Assembly: GCA_043228905.1 (NCBI GenBank)
Contig: JBHGNT010000020.1
Location: 11,098,001-11,162,000, forward strand
Direction: 5' to 3'
Source of the DNA: Azolla caroliniana
Lineage: Eukaryota; Plantae; Polypodiophyta
Length of the DNA stretch: 64,000 nt
In this document: one piece after another, positions 24,915 through 37,394 of the stretch
How the letters are laid out: every line of letters starts with the position of its first letter
Position numbering within the stretch: position 1 is the first letter of the stretch
Position numbers and translations under genes: made by a program
The notes under the pieces: generated by a model
The model's database searches: none
Told to the model about the DNA's origin: nothing
The model's input: the letters and a program-made list of their open reading frames with translations, nothing else

Positions 24915-25710
24915 TTCGGCGAGATGGTCGAGGATTCTGGTGGTAATCAAAGGGACGGTTGATGTGAATAACGTAGAATATCTCCTATTTTTTATAAGGA
25001 TGAGTGAAAATGGTGGAGGAGTTTGTAGCATATTTTCATGAAGGGATGAGGAGAGCAAACTCATTCCGTTTTTTTGTCTATACATGTTTTTATGGTAAAT
25101 GGCGAGACAACGGTTGATGTGGAAAATGAAACAACTTTCAATTGTTCACAAGGATGAGTGATGATGGTGTCGGGGGATGAAGCATATTTCATGAGGGGAT
25201 CAGGAGAGTAGTCTCATTTTGTTTTTTGTAGGTACAAGACCTTGGTGGATGCAATGAGATGGTTGATGTGGTCACTGAAGCAAATTTTCTATTTTTTAAG
25301 GATGAGTGATGGTGGAGTCAGGGGCTGAAGCAGATTTTCATGAGGGGATGAGAATAGCACTTTCTCTCTTTTTTGTTTGTATAGGACTTCGATGGTAAAT
25401 GAAGAGACGGTTGATGTGGAAAATGAAGCACATTCTATATTTTTGTCAAGGATGAGTGATGATAGTGTCGGGGGATAAAGCAGAATTTCATGAGGGGATC
25501 AAGAGAGTAGTGTCATAATGTTTTTGGTATGTACAAGACTTTGCTAGTCTATGACGAGATGGTTGATGTGGATTTTGGTGATAATCGACGACATGTTGGA
25601 TGGGGAAAAGGAAGCATATCCTCTCTGTTTGATAATTATGAGTGATGAGGTTGTCGGGGGCTGAAGCATATTTTCATGAGGGGACAAGGAGAGTAGAGTC
25701 ATTTTCTTTT
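24915..25710. repeat. Degenerate ~150-bp tandem repeat, ~5 copies
   Basis: ggttgatgtg...aaggatgagtga...tcatgagggga...gagagta recurs at ~24957, 25112, 25261, 25409 and 25561. Confidence 0.85.
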
Positions 25711-28700
25711 ATAGTTTATGAGTGTTGTTATGGAGTTGGAACTAGCCATTGGAAGTCATTGTCAAAGTTTTCATCACATTCTAGGATTTCTAAAGCTGGT
25801 TGATTTGGTAGGCATGTTTTTATGAAAGGTTGAGGCGTGCTTTTGAGAAGCTAGTTGTGTACGTAGTACCAAACGGCGAGTCAACTACCAGACGTGCAAC
25901 CTAGGGATCACCCGAATGGAGTCTATAAAGATTGACTTCAATATAAGTAGAGCATAGCCGCCCAATCCTTAAAGATCGAGGCTTTGGTGGCCTGTATGGG
26001 TGAAAGATCCAGTCGTAATGTACTCCGGAAATTACACCAAGCAACCCAAGTCGAGCAACTTTGTTGGTTTGTTTTTTTTGGAGGTTGGACTATTCGTCTT
26101 GTTCATTTGGAGATGGATATGGTTTCATTGTATTTTCTTTGTCTCTAGAAATTAGCTACGTGTCTTTCTTACTTAGCTTTACCTGCAAAGATTGACTACG
26201 GTCATATGTAATATTGGACTATTTTGTATTAAGGCCTCTGGCCACTATGATTCTAATACAAATGGAGGATATATTTTCAAGAAAAAAAAAGCACTTTTGC
26301 AAGTAGAAAGAGAAGAGAGGTTTTTGAGAGAACAATAGAAATGAGAGAGAAATTATTGTTCTTCTGGTTGGAGAGTAATAAAGTTGACGAGAAAACATTG
26401 TCATTCAAAATGTGTAACTTAGGATGATTCATCTAGGGTGTAAATATTCTATGACATAATAAAATAGTTTGTGAATCTCTCACAATATTTGTATCTTTCC
26501 ATTAGCCGATAACTTCTTTTTCTACATCTCTCTAATAGATGTAAACCTCATCAAACATATCTTATTGGAGTCATAGATGGATTTGTAGATCGAAAATATT
26601 TGTCAGAGATAAATATTGTTTCGGGCAACTTACACCTATCAAGCACCATAATTAAGTAATTATTGGCATATGTTGCAAGTGTAATAGGAAAGTTCAAAAC
26701 ATCTTAATTTCATAACATCACACTTGTGGCACTGTTCATAGCTTCAAAAGCAAACTATTGTTTAGTAAAAGGTTTTTTGCATGTTCTAAAGGCAAACATT
26801 AAGATATAAACTTTGATTAGCATGTGTGAGTGTCCGACAATTCCATAACAATTTATGTTTTCAAGGTTTAGGCTAAGGCTGAAGAACAACATTAACTTTA
26901 CTGGCACATGGAAAAGTTAGATCAATGATAGTACATGCAACAACATTGCCATACTTATAAGTTACAAATGTTCATTTCCTAATAAATTTAAATTTAAATG
27001 CATATAAAGGAAAACCTCACATTTGGTGTGGTAGATATTCCACTCTATTTTGCGTGCCAAGTGTTTAGATAATATGATACATAAAATACTGGTTGTATAA
27101 GTTTACAATGTCAATGTTAAGGTATCTGAACAAACACATATTTCTAATGAACGCCAATGTTGCGTATCATAGAAGTATATCTAGCAATTTGAACTCACAT
27201 TTGTTAATAAAATTTCTAACTCATTGTTGTAGAAATGTAGCAGTTGCTAAAATCTAACTTTTGAATATAAAATGCTACCCCTTTCTTAGTTCATTGATAT
27301 TGTGGTGTGCATGTGTTCCTTTGTGCCACCCTTTTAGCACACCCTTTTTAGCTAACCCAAATGGGTACCTTTGTATCAACTATAAATTGAGCAAAAAGTA
27401 AGAAGCCAAGTAGGCTAGTTTTGATCTCTTATGTGCATTTCACAATATAAACGCAAATAAGGATATTCGAACTCATTTGTGTTCATAGAATCATTATTAA
27501 TTTCTACTTCAATCATAACATATACATTAACTAAAAATAATAAGAGAAAAACAACTTGTTAGTTTGGCTGTTGTTTACACCAAATGATAATTGGGTACAT
27601 GTTATTGCGAAGCCAAAATACTGGTTAGACTCATTTTGGTCAATTGAAAAAATACTTGCTTCAGGGAATCTACTCCAAATATTATTGTCTTCAACTAATA
27701 CAGTATCTTAACATAAATTCTAATAAACATGGAAGTTACTATTTAAAGTTCGTTGAATTTTTCTATTTTATTGATATTGATTGAAATGGAAAAAGTAAAT
27801 ACCTATAAACCATAAGAACTTATTAATGTTGGGTTGATGAAAGAAGGAAGAAAAATTTTATAATGTGGAAAAAAACCAAAACCCGTTTCACAAACCTTGA
27901 GCTCTCAACCATAATGTCTCAAAACAAAAGCTTTACCATTACACACTTTGTTTGATTAGTGGGCACATGAATTTTGCTAGTCCCCATGAATGGTGTGGTG
28001 TGGATGTGCTCCTCTATGCTAGAGCATGGTTATGATATGGTGACATCTCGTCGCCCATGCTTAGAATCACCTTTCTTTAATTAGTCTTGTGTAATTGCTT
28101 CTAGTGTGTAAAAAATTGCCTTACTTCAACGTGCTTTGTCTTACTTCTAGTGTGCTTTGCCAAATTCTAGTGTGAAAAATTGTCTTACTTCAACGTGCTT
28201 TGTCTTCTTAGGCAAGGTGATGATGATGATGCATATGATAGGGATTTTGATAATGGAGATTGAGGTTAATGGATTGCATTTGTCATATCATAGTGTGAAG
28301 GATATTAGGAGTTGTGTGATGATGGCCTTGCAAGAGTGGCAATCACATATATGACTTCTAGATAGTGATGTAGCATATTGAGATAGTGATCGTGAAAAAG
28401 TTAGTTGTAAGCTCTAAGGTACAAGAAAGGAGATGATGAAACTCGGAGAAAGAAAAAGACAAGGTTGGAGTGGGACAAGAAAGAAAATATGAGATGATTG
28501 AAAATGGAAGAACTTAGAGGTGCATAAGAAGGAAAGGAAAAATAAAAAGAAAAAAGAAAAAAGAAGAATGAAGAATGAAGAATGAAAAAGGAAAAATGGC
28601 CAACTCCTTTAGATTGAACACATTGGTTGTGAACCCAAACGGTGTGAATTGATGTGGGTGTACGATTTATGCACACGATAATAGTGTTTGTCAAGTTTTA

Positions 28701-28799
28701 ATTCCAACTCGGTCCTTGCATAAGGGCAATGTGGGATGGGGATAATTTTGAAATAACACTCAAAAGATTTGCATTTTTTTTTTCCTTCCAAATTGAAGC

Positions 28800-31700
28800 T
28801 ACTTTCCCATTAGTTAGGTAAGATTATTACAAAGAGACTGTACAAGGAGGCTTAAGCATAGATTGGGGAATCCCCCTCCGCTCAAGTCCTAGAAATTGAG
28901 ACTAATTACATCGCCTTTCGGACGGACTACTTAGTGTAAGTACCAACAACTAAAACAATGCCCTGTACTGATGACTAGTACGAGACAACTCTTGGGGCCG
29001 ACAACAGAGGGAGGGTGGTAAGTGAGCCGGAAACAACTAGCGTGGGGGCTGGTAGTTCCACCTCGGGCCACTTCCTCCTGGTGTCACCATAGGCGTGTTT
29101 CACCATTTCTGCAAAAAACGCAAACGGGCAATATCCACGTTAGAGGAGTGGCTGCAAACCTCGTCCAATTGCCCTCGTAGGCAGCTAATAAGCGCAAACC
29201 ATATGTCCATGATCACTTCCTCCGGGGGTCGCACAAGATCCTGGAAGACCTTTAGGCAACGCGCTTTCCATACATACCACAGGGTGAAGCCTGTGATCAG
29301 CATCCAAATGTCCGGGAACCTAGGGGATGTGGACTGCAAGCCTCTCTCAAATCGAATCTTGGAGATTTTTCCTTGCATGCATACATAGCACCAACTATCT
29401 GCATTGAAGGCGTCCGTCCACCTATCACCAGAATCATCAAGCCATGCCGCAGTACTCCACGCTGTTGTTCCTTCCACTTCACATGCCGCAAGGAGGTGAG
29501 TCACCCTATCCCATACCTTTTGAGCGTGAGGGCAATCCCATAGACAATGCCTCAGAGTCTCAATAGGTGAATGGCAAAGTGGGCAGCCTAACGGGCCGCC
29601 ATGTTTACCTAGCCATTCGCCAACTAGAACCACATTATGCCCGATTTGCCACCAAAAAAACTTTATCTTTTCCGGCAAGTGGAGACGCCAGAGACCCTTC
29701 CAGAAGGTAATGAGCACCTCATCCGGGATGCCCAAGGTACGCCAACCATTGCGTAGGGGGCCGTGTAGCTGCAGTTGAAAGGCCCGACCTAGTTTAGTGT
29801 TGTACTCGAAGAAATGGTGAAATCTGCCATCATGTTTCCACCTAAATCCCCTAGGTTCCATTCTAGTTCGACGAGGGGACGACAACCATACACCCATAAC
29901 TTCCAATGGGGTTCCACCTTAGCAACATCTGGGTCTGTCTTCTAGATGTTACCAACCTGCGCCACCACGCGGATAGGGTGCAAGAGCCCCTACTCTGACT
30001 CTCCCCAAAAATCCTATCTCTTCTTGATTCGCTCACGCCCTTCAGTGCCTTAACCCTTCCAGCCTCATCAAAGAGACCGGACCAAGCATCTTCTCTCACC
30101 TCCCCCATCAGAACCCTATCAACTGCCTCAGCTAGCAATCTCCGCATTTTCATGGCTCCCTTGAGGGGAGGGAATGGAACCTCTTGGGCTCCTCCTAAAG
30201 CCATTGTGCATCGCTAATCATCTAAAGAGTGAAGCCTTGTTTGTGCCAGCTTTCCCATGCTAGGCCCTTAAGCTGGCCTAACATCATGTCGTCACGTGTT
30301 CGCACCTGAGGGTTCCAAAATAATGGTTGTCTAGACCACTCGGTTAGTGTCTCCGGCGTGTGTTTGACCAAATGATGTCGTACGTGACACCAAGCCCGCA
30401 AGATGGAGTTTGTGACCCTCTCCTCTGGAAGACAAGCCATCTTGGGTGGGACGCCGCTCATGCAACACCAATTCAAGGAGTCGGGCCAAGGCCTACCATA
30501 CTTGGGAGTCCCTGCCTGCAACCTATTGCGGAGTAGAACCTTCCAACACCCCTTACCTGGCAGGAGGCAGCGAACCACCATTTTGGCTAGCAATGCTCGA
30601 CTCTGCATTAAGGGGTCTATGAGGCCAAGCCCCCCTTTGGCCCGCGGTTGTGTTAATCAATGTCATGACACTCTGGCGGCAACCATCGGGTTGTCCTTTC
30701 CTGACCATATAAACCCCCTGATGGCAGCCTTAACTGTGCGCAAACCTGAAGGGTCCATAATCCAGCACGAGACTGAGTGCCACATGGTGGTGAGCATCAC
30801 TTGGTTCGCAATAAGAACCCTACCAGCAAAGGATAGTTTAGACCTGCTCCATTGGTTCATCTTCTTGCTTAGTTTGGCTTGCACATGTGACAATTGCGCT
30901 CCCTTGGGGATTGCCCTCCCCATTGTAAATCCGAGGTACTTGAATGTCGTCCTGTCAGGGACCCATGCAAAATCAGCATGGGGATGCCACCTTGGCTTCT
31001 CTTGTTCATTGAACCAGAGGCCTTGGGTTTTATCCCAATTGATCTTGGCACCGACAGCCTGACAAAAGTCTTCAACAAGATGTTCATCGCCCTGCAAAAA
31101 AAGGACCGTATCGTCGACATATTCAGATAACAGAAGATCCTCAGTCGCATTGGGGATGGGCAATCCCCTTAGTCCGTTGCTTGGTGCTTGTAAGAAGGCT
31201 GAGAAAGCCTCGGTTACAAAGAGATAGAGATATGGGGCTAGGGGACAACCTTGCCTCACTGAGCGATGTAGTTGGAAGGCGGGGCCCCTTGCACCAGATA
31301 CCAACACGCTACTGGTAGCAGCCCGATAGAGTGCATAAGTGCAATTCCTCCATTGCGGGGGAAGGCCCATAGCTCTCATCACTCTTTCCAGAAAGGGCCG
31401 TAACACCCTGTCATAGGCCTTCTCAAAGTCTAACATCAGAATAGTCGAGCTCGATGCGGTGCTATCTGCCAATGCCATAACTTCCCAGAGAAGCAACACA
31501 TTGTCAAAGATACACCTACCTCTGATAAACCCTGTTTGATTCTCATGTATGATGTCTGGCAGGCAACTTGCTATTCGCCTAGCTAGGACTTTTGCGAGTA
31601 TCTTGTATATTGTGTTAAGGATCGTGATTGGGCGCCATTGGCGCAACTTGAGGCTTCGCCCTGCCGCTTTAGGGATGAGATAGATCATTCCCTCCGCTAG

Positions 31701-32337
31701 TCCAGTTGGCATCGCTCCTGCGGACCAAATCTCTTGAATCCCAGCTTCCACTACCGGGATAACTGTTTCCCAATGAATCTCAAAAAAATCTCGTGAGAGA
31801 CCATTAGGGCCGGGGCATGCTCCTCTCCGCAACTCCCGAAGTGCCTCCGAGAGTTCTAATCGAGAAATGGGGCTATCAAGCACAACTTCCATCTCTTGGG
31901 TGATCTTGGGGTGAATGCAAGCCATCACTCTCTCAACCAGCTCCGTGTTTTGCTGCATATGCATAGGTGCGAGTAGGTCGCGATAGTATTGTGTTGCCAT
32001 ATGCAGAATCTCATCCTTGTCCTCCGTTGATGAGCCATCTGGTTTGCGCAGCCCTTGTATATGTCCACCACCACCCTTGGGTGCCCTGGAGTGAAAGAAA
32101 TGATGGTTGACCTTGTCATCTGTTCTAGACCACCATGTTGCGGCCCTGCGAAATAACATGTGGTTCTTCTCCAACGTCCTTTCCCGCAGCTTCAATTTTG
32201 CTTCCTCCTGCTTAGCTCTCGACCAATTGCAACTAGGGTTTGCTTGTAGCAAACGTTGCGTGGCCGCAATGGACTATTGTAGTTTTGTTTCAATGGCTCT
32301 AGCTTGCTGGAGGGCCACCTTGGTTTCCTGTTGTAAA
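28800..32337 (-). mobile_element. 5'-truncated L1-type LINE (RT plus C-terminal zinc-binding domain), degenerate; 3' boundary approximate
   Basis: ORF 30663-32252 has WRPITILNTIYKILAK, QTGFIRGR, LDFEKAYDRV, VRQGCPLAP and EYVDD. Downstream fragments have PEKIKFFWW and CPLCHSPIETLRHCLWDC. Confidence 0.93.
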
Positions 32338-32650
32338 AAGTTATTGTTGACGATGAGGTCGTAGATGAGGAGTGTGGAAATGGTGGATCATCGGCAGGCG
32401 GACGAGATATCGGAGAAGAGGAATACCAAGGTCGATTGAGCGCACCCGAATCAATAGAGTGCTTGGTGTATACGAAGAGATAGGAGTAGGTATTAAGAAG
32501 AGGGGCAATGGTAGGGGATTAACATACTAATTGAAAAATGAAAGAGAGGGAGAAAGGGGAAGGGGGGTGGCGGCTAACCATAAAAACTAATAAATTAAAT
32601 CGTAAATAATAATAATAATAAGATTAATGTTAATATCCTCTCCTAAAAAC

Positions 32651-32660
32651 CTATATAAAT
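32651..32660 (+). promoter_or_regulatory. Candidate TATA box upstream of the hammerhead ribozyme
   Basis: CTATATAAAT matches the plant TATA consensus and lies ~15-25 nt before the start of ribozyme stem I. Confidence 0.5.
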
Positions 32661-32675
32661 CCCCTCCCTCACCCT

Positions 32676-32740
32676 CATGGTGTTATGGCACTGATGAGCC
32701 CTTCGGGGCGAAACTAGTTTGCCGGTTACGTAAGACCATG
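32676..32740 (+). ncRNA. Type I hammerhead ribozyme, minimal variant with palindromic stem III (Penelope-like/retrozyme type)
   Basis: Order of elements: GGCA (32687-90), CUGAUGA (32691-97), GCCC-UUCG-GGGC (stem II), GAAA (32710-13), C-UA-G, U-U cleavage after 32719, UGCC (pairs with GGCA). Distal stem I is CAUGGU (32676-81) with ACCAUG (32735-40). AAACUAGUUU is self-complementary. Confidence 0.9.
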
Positions 32741-32797
32741 CACCCCCCCAACCACCACAAACCCAATGTAATTTTCCCTTAATGACAATTACATGTT

Positions 32798-32832
<35 letters not shown>

Positions 32833-34254
32833 TTTTCTAATTATGTTTTTACTTATGTTTTATCTCTCCCCCTTTTAATTATGTTTTAATCTCGTTTTTT
32901 AGTTGATCTCTCTTTCATTTTAAGTAGTATGTTAATCCCCTCCCCTCCCCTCCCCTTACCCCACTTTTTAAACTTTAATTAGGTTTCTAATCTCGTTTTC
33001 TATCTTTAATCTTAGGTTTATTATGTTTTAGTCGTTTTTAATGTTTAATATTAGGTTTATTATGTTTTAATCTCTCTCCCTCTCTCTCTCTTTCAATTTA
33101 TTTTTAACTAATAGGTTAATCCCTCCTACCCCTCCCATTACCTTGTATTACACTTAGGGTTATGTTTTATTAATATTTATGTTTTAATCATTTTATTAGT
33201 TTTTATGTTAATCCCCTCCCTTCCCCTTACCCCACTTTTTAAACTTTAATTAGGTTTTTAATCTCGTTTTTTATCTTTAATCTTAGGTTTATTATGTTTT
33301 AATCTCTCTCCCCCCCTCTCTCTCTCTCTTTCACTTTATTTTTAATTAATAGGTTAATCCCTCCTACCCCTCTCTTACCTTGTGTTACACTTAGGGTTAT
33401 GTTTTATTATTATTATTATTATTTACGGTTTAATTTATTAGTTCTTATGGTTAGCCGCCACCCCCCTTCCCCTTTCTCCCTCTCTTTCATATTTCAATTA
33501 GTATGTTAATCCACTACCCTTGCCCCTCTTCTTAATACCTACTCCTATCTCTTCGTATACACTAAGCACTCTATCGATTCGGGTGCGCTCAATCGACCTT
33601 GGTGTTCCTCTTCTCTGATATCTCGTCCGCCCGCCGATGATCCACCATTTCCGCACTCCTCGTCTACGACCTCGTCGTCAACAATAACTTATAGCACCGA
33701 CATTCCATGGAGGCCCACGGTTTGGAGATAGGCACCCACGACAAAAGAACATCGACTAACACCGAGCTTTTGTCTGTGTCGAGTGCCCTCACAAGACAAC
33801 TCATGGCATTTTGCAAATGGTAACATCGACATCGGCATCCCTCGTTCCCCTACATCCCCCTCACACACCTCTCGTTGTAAAATACGGGACTACATTATGT
33901 AGCCGTGCATTTTTATTTCTTTTTCATGTTTAGTTTATCTCCCCTCTTGATTATGTAGCCACCACCCCCCTTCGAGTCACCAATCCTCTCTAGTTCAAGT
34001 CCTTAGTGGTTTCACTCAAGTAGCACACGTACGTGCATAACTTTGCGACAACATAAGAGATAAGCTTGATGAAGAAAATCATTCAACAATAGGTTGTGAA
34101 ATCTCTTATGTAGGATAGGATAATCTTGGCACGGCCTACTCGAGAAAGGGATCGAGTTTGTGTATATTTTAACTAATGGAGTATATTCTATTTTGGAAAC
34201 AAAAATAGGTTGTGAAAGTTTTGGTTATTAACATTAATCTTAATGCAAATCTTT

Positions 34255-34290
<36 letters not shown>

Positions 34291-34295
<5 letters not shown>

Positions 34296-34740
34296 GGAAC
34301 GGGGAAATTGTACACATCCATACATGTTAGAGCCCATACCGTTATCTTCCATTCGAACCATTGCTTCCATGCGACTTAGCTCACATGCATTGCGATGTGA
34401 AACAGGGCGTTGGGGTACAAGTGATGAGAGTGGTCGGCTATGCACACTTTGCCCTAAACAAGTTCGCGAGTCTAACTATCACACTTTGATACAATGCTCT
34501 GCCTTTGATCATATTCGACCATGCTTTCCACATCTCTTCGATCGAGCCCAATCTTTGCATGAATTCCTCTCACAACCACAATGTGCACTCTCAATTGCAG
34601 CATTCATTGGTAAAGTTCTTGAACATCGAGAGTCACTACTCACTTTCACACGTATCACGTGAAATGTAATCTTTTGGTCTCATAGGTCATATTTGACCTC
34701 TGAAGATGATAATATAATCTATCTATCTATCTATCTATCT
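34291..34740 (+). mobile_element. 3' fragment of an RTEX/L2-like non-LTR retrotransposon with microsatellite tail, inserted in a (CT)n tract
   Basis: C-terminal motif MRLSSHALRCETGRW...RLCTLC...ESNYHTLIQC..FDHIR with stop at 34662, a 3' UTR hairpin AGGTCA-TATT-TGACCT (34684-34699) and an (ATCT)6 tail at 34717-34740. Confidence 0.7.
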
Positions 34741-36245
34741 CTCCTCTGTGTGTGTATGTATCTGCAGGATATACTCTCCCTCCCTCGCTCTCCCTCTCCA
34801 TCACTAATCTCTCTCTCTCACTCTTTGCGTGTTTGTGTCTTTGTGAGTGGTGTGTGTGTGGACTCTTTGTGTGACAACCAATTTGCGATGGCAATGGTGA
34901 TTTCTCCTACTTCTATTTCTAATGTATCCAAGGCTTGATGGACATGGCCTTTCAACCCCCTCGCCCTTTCCTCATTCTCTTTGCCAAAAACCCTAGCTAC
35001 CCCAAAGTTCGTCTCTATGTCTAAGTGTTTGTCTATGTGCATCTTAAACCTTCTTCTCTCCGTACTGTGGATCTCCAAGTTAAACATGGAGGGTTTCAGA
35101 AAGCACCTAGACACAGTCATGGGAGTAAATCGCAATGGAGACGTGGAAGTTATGAAGAGGAAGTATTGTGATCTTTTCCAACTCATGAAAATGGATTTAG
35201 GAGCATGTTCGAAGATTTATTCCTTACAACTATGAAAAGAATATGAGGAAGCAAAAGATAAAGGGAACAAAACAGAAACGTAATCCAAGTGTTGGCCGAG
35301 ACGGCCGGGAAAGCAACCGAGAAGAGACTAGGCCAGCCAGTGAGCTCAGTTGAAACAGTCGACCAGATAGGGTTGGCTGGACAAACGGTCACCACCACCA
35401 CCATAATGGACAGAGGGCATATTGGAAGAGAAGAAGCAAACGAAAGAAAGAAAGAAGAAGAAAGCAGAACCACGAAAACAAAGAGGAGAGAAAGAAAAAG
35501 AACGAAAGGAACAAGAAGCTACATGCACACCGAAAGGAAAACAAGGAATGATGAAAGCGGGACATACAAAAACAAAACGAAGAAATCAACACCGACGAAG
35601 AAGATAGAGACAGAGAAAGAAAGCAAGAAGAAGAAAAAGGAAAGAAGAAAGAGAAGAGGGGTACAAGGAAAAAATTTCAAAAGTTCAAGGGCGCCCATTA
35701 GGATTTCGAAAACAGGATGGCCTATGCCTAAATTTCATAAGGGCAACAATAAAATTTCAAAAATGGAGGGGTAGGACATAGAATTTCAAAAACTCATCGC
35801 CACTCACACCAATAAAGAAAAAAAGAAAGAAAAAATACACACACCCAAAATCATTTTTAAACCCAAAAGACTTTACTAAAGTGGACGAGCCGATTGGTGT
35901 GTGATCCCATCGTGAGATGTGTTGACTAAACGAGAAGGTTTGTGTCAAGCAAGCTTCGATTGAAGTTATCAATCGTAGAGCAATGATCCGGTTGTAGGAT
36001 TTTCGACCGATGAGAGAAGAGAAGAACGATGGACTTCCGATCAACAAGTTTTTGGAATGGGCATGTGGGTTCGACGTGCAATGCATTGTCCCACAGGCGT
36101 GCTAGGTGTTTACCCGTATAGGTGTACAAGAGGGTTAAGGTGTAATGTATAAGGTGTAATGTGTAAACATGAAATGTGTAAGGAAGAATGTGTGTGTGTA
36201 CACATGCACATTTGGCTTTTTGTGTGCATGTGTACAACAGTGGGG

Positions 36246-37318
36246 TGTTAGGAATTGACCAACCAAAACTGGTTACACGTTCGTATTCGGGTGCAGAAAA
36301 CAAGAGAGCTAGTACACAACTAACAATCAGCAACGGTTCGATTCGGTTAGGTTCGGTTTGAGAGGGCCCAAACCGTTTAAATTTTTTGAAACCTGAACCA
36401 AACCGAACCAAACCATGAAACCGTGAAACCGAACCGTTAAACATTGTTCAAATCGTTAAACCATTAAACCGTAAAAACCGCAGTTTCGTGGTTCGGTTTC
36501 GGTTTTCAACATATGTCAAACTTTTAATTTTTTAAAATTGATAATATTTCATTTTTTAGAATTTTTAGAATTTTTAAGATGTTCCTAAAATGTGAGAATA
36601 AGGTGTAAAAATGAAAAAATTGTTTAAAAACAAAATTTTAAAATTTTTAGAAATTATTAAAAAAAAATTAAAAAAATTAAAAATTAAAAACCGTTAAACC
36701 ATTAAAACCACGGTTTTTGACCGTTGAAACCGAACTGAACCGTTTAAAAAAACCTAAACCTAAACCGAACCGTTGAAACCGTTAAGCCGTGGTTTCGCGG
36801 TTCAGTTCGGTTCAAACCAAACCATTGCCGATTGTTATACACAAATAGAAAAACGTGAAGACAAGAAAATAAGTACAGAGAGCGACACCAGATGGTTAAC
36901 GTGGAAACCCGAACTGGGAAAACCATGTGGAGTACACAAACTCCAAAAACAGAATCACTAAGATGATGAGAGGAGTACAACAAGAAACTTGGAGGCAACG
37001 ACCTCGATTTCTTCCTCGCCAACAGACGAATGCAGAGACACACTCACTCCCACTCATACTCTCTGTCACTTTCTTTTAGTTACACAAGCAACGACTTGTA
37101 AGTCTAACTCTATTTCACAATAATGATACATCCTATTACTAAGGTTTGCCCTAGTTATATATGGCTATTTACATACATAGCTCTCATGGGGCACATTTCG
37201 ACTATTTACAAATGTAGTCTCCCGAGTTGGCTATATCCACGATTTCGGTTTCGGCCTCGGCCGAGTTAGTCATCAACTCGACTCTTTTCTTCCCATCCGG
37301 AGGGACCTATTCCCAACA
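36246..37318 (-). mobile_element. Copia solo LTR (family-A related) carrying a MITE insertion
   Basis: Minus strand starts TGTTGGGAATAGGTCCCTCCGGATGGGA and ends ...TAACA; perfect TSD TGGGG (36241-36245 and 37319-37323). Confidence 0.9.
36321..36837. mobile_element. hAT-type MITE / non-autonomous DNA transposon (517 bp)
   Basis: 18-bp TIRs TAACAATC(A/G)GCAA(C/T)GGTT, 8-bp TSD TACACAAC/TACACAAA, subterminal AACCG/CGGTT repeats in both orientations, AT-rich core. Confidence 0.88.
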
Positions 37319-37394
37319 TGGGGTAAGTAGGTGTAACTACTCCCATTTGGCTTTTTGCATTGATCTTGTACTATATAAACCCCCCACCCCATGG

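Larger units (their letters stand above)
32338..33690. repeat. ~285-bp inverted duplication (32338-32621 vs ~33406-33690) enclosing the ribozyme and an internally duplicated pyrimidine-rich spacer
   Basis: aagttattgttgacgatgaggtcgtag...cgtaaataataataataa is the reverse complement of ttattattatttacgg...cgacctcgtcgtcaacaataactt; many differences are CpG transitions. No TSD at the outer ends. Confidence 0.93.

Noticed and set aside
28968-28990. CTGATGA as a second hammerhead core
   Set aside because: Followed by CTAGTACGAGAC: no proper stem II, no GAAA and no stem I partner.
32338-33690. MITE/foldback DNA transposon with long TIRs
   Set aside because: No TSD at the outer ends and no TIR-superfamily signature; the ribozyme favours a retroelement origin. 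Not fully excluded.
35289-35774. 161-aa Lys/Arg-rich ORF
   Set aside because: Low-complexity purine tract, non-ATG start, no domain motif.
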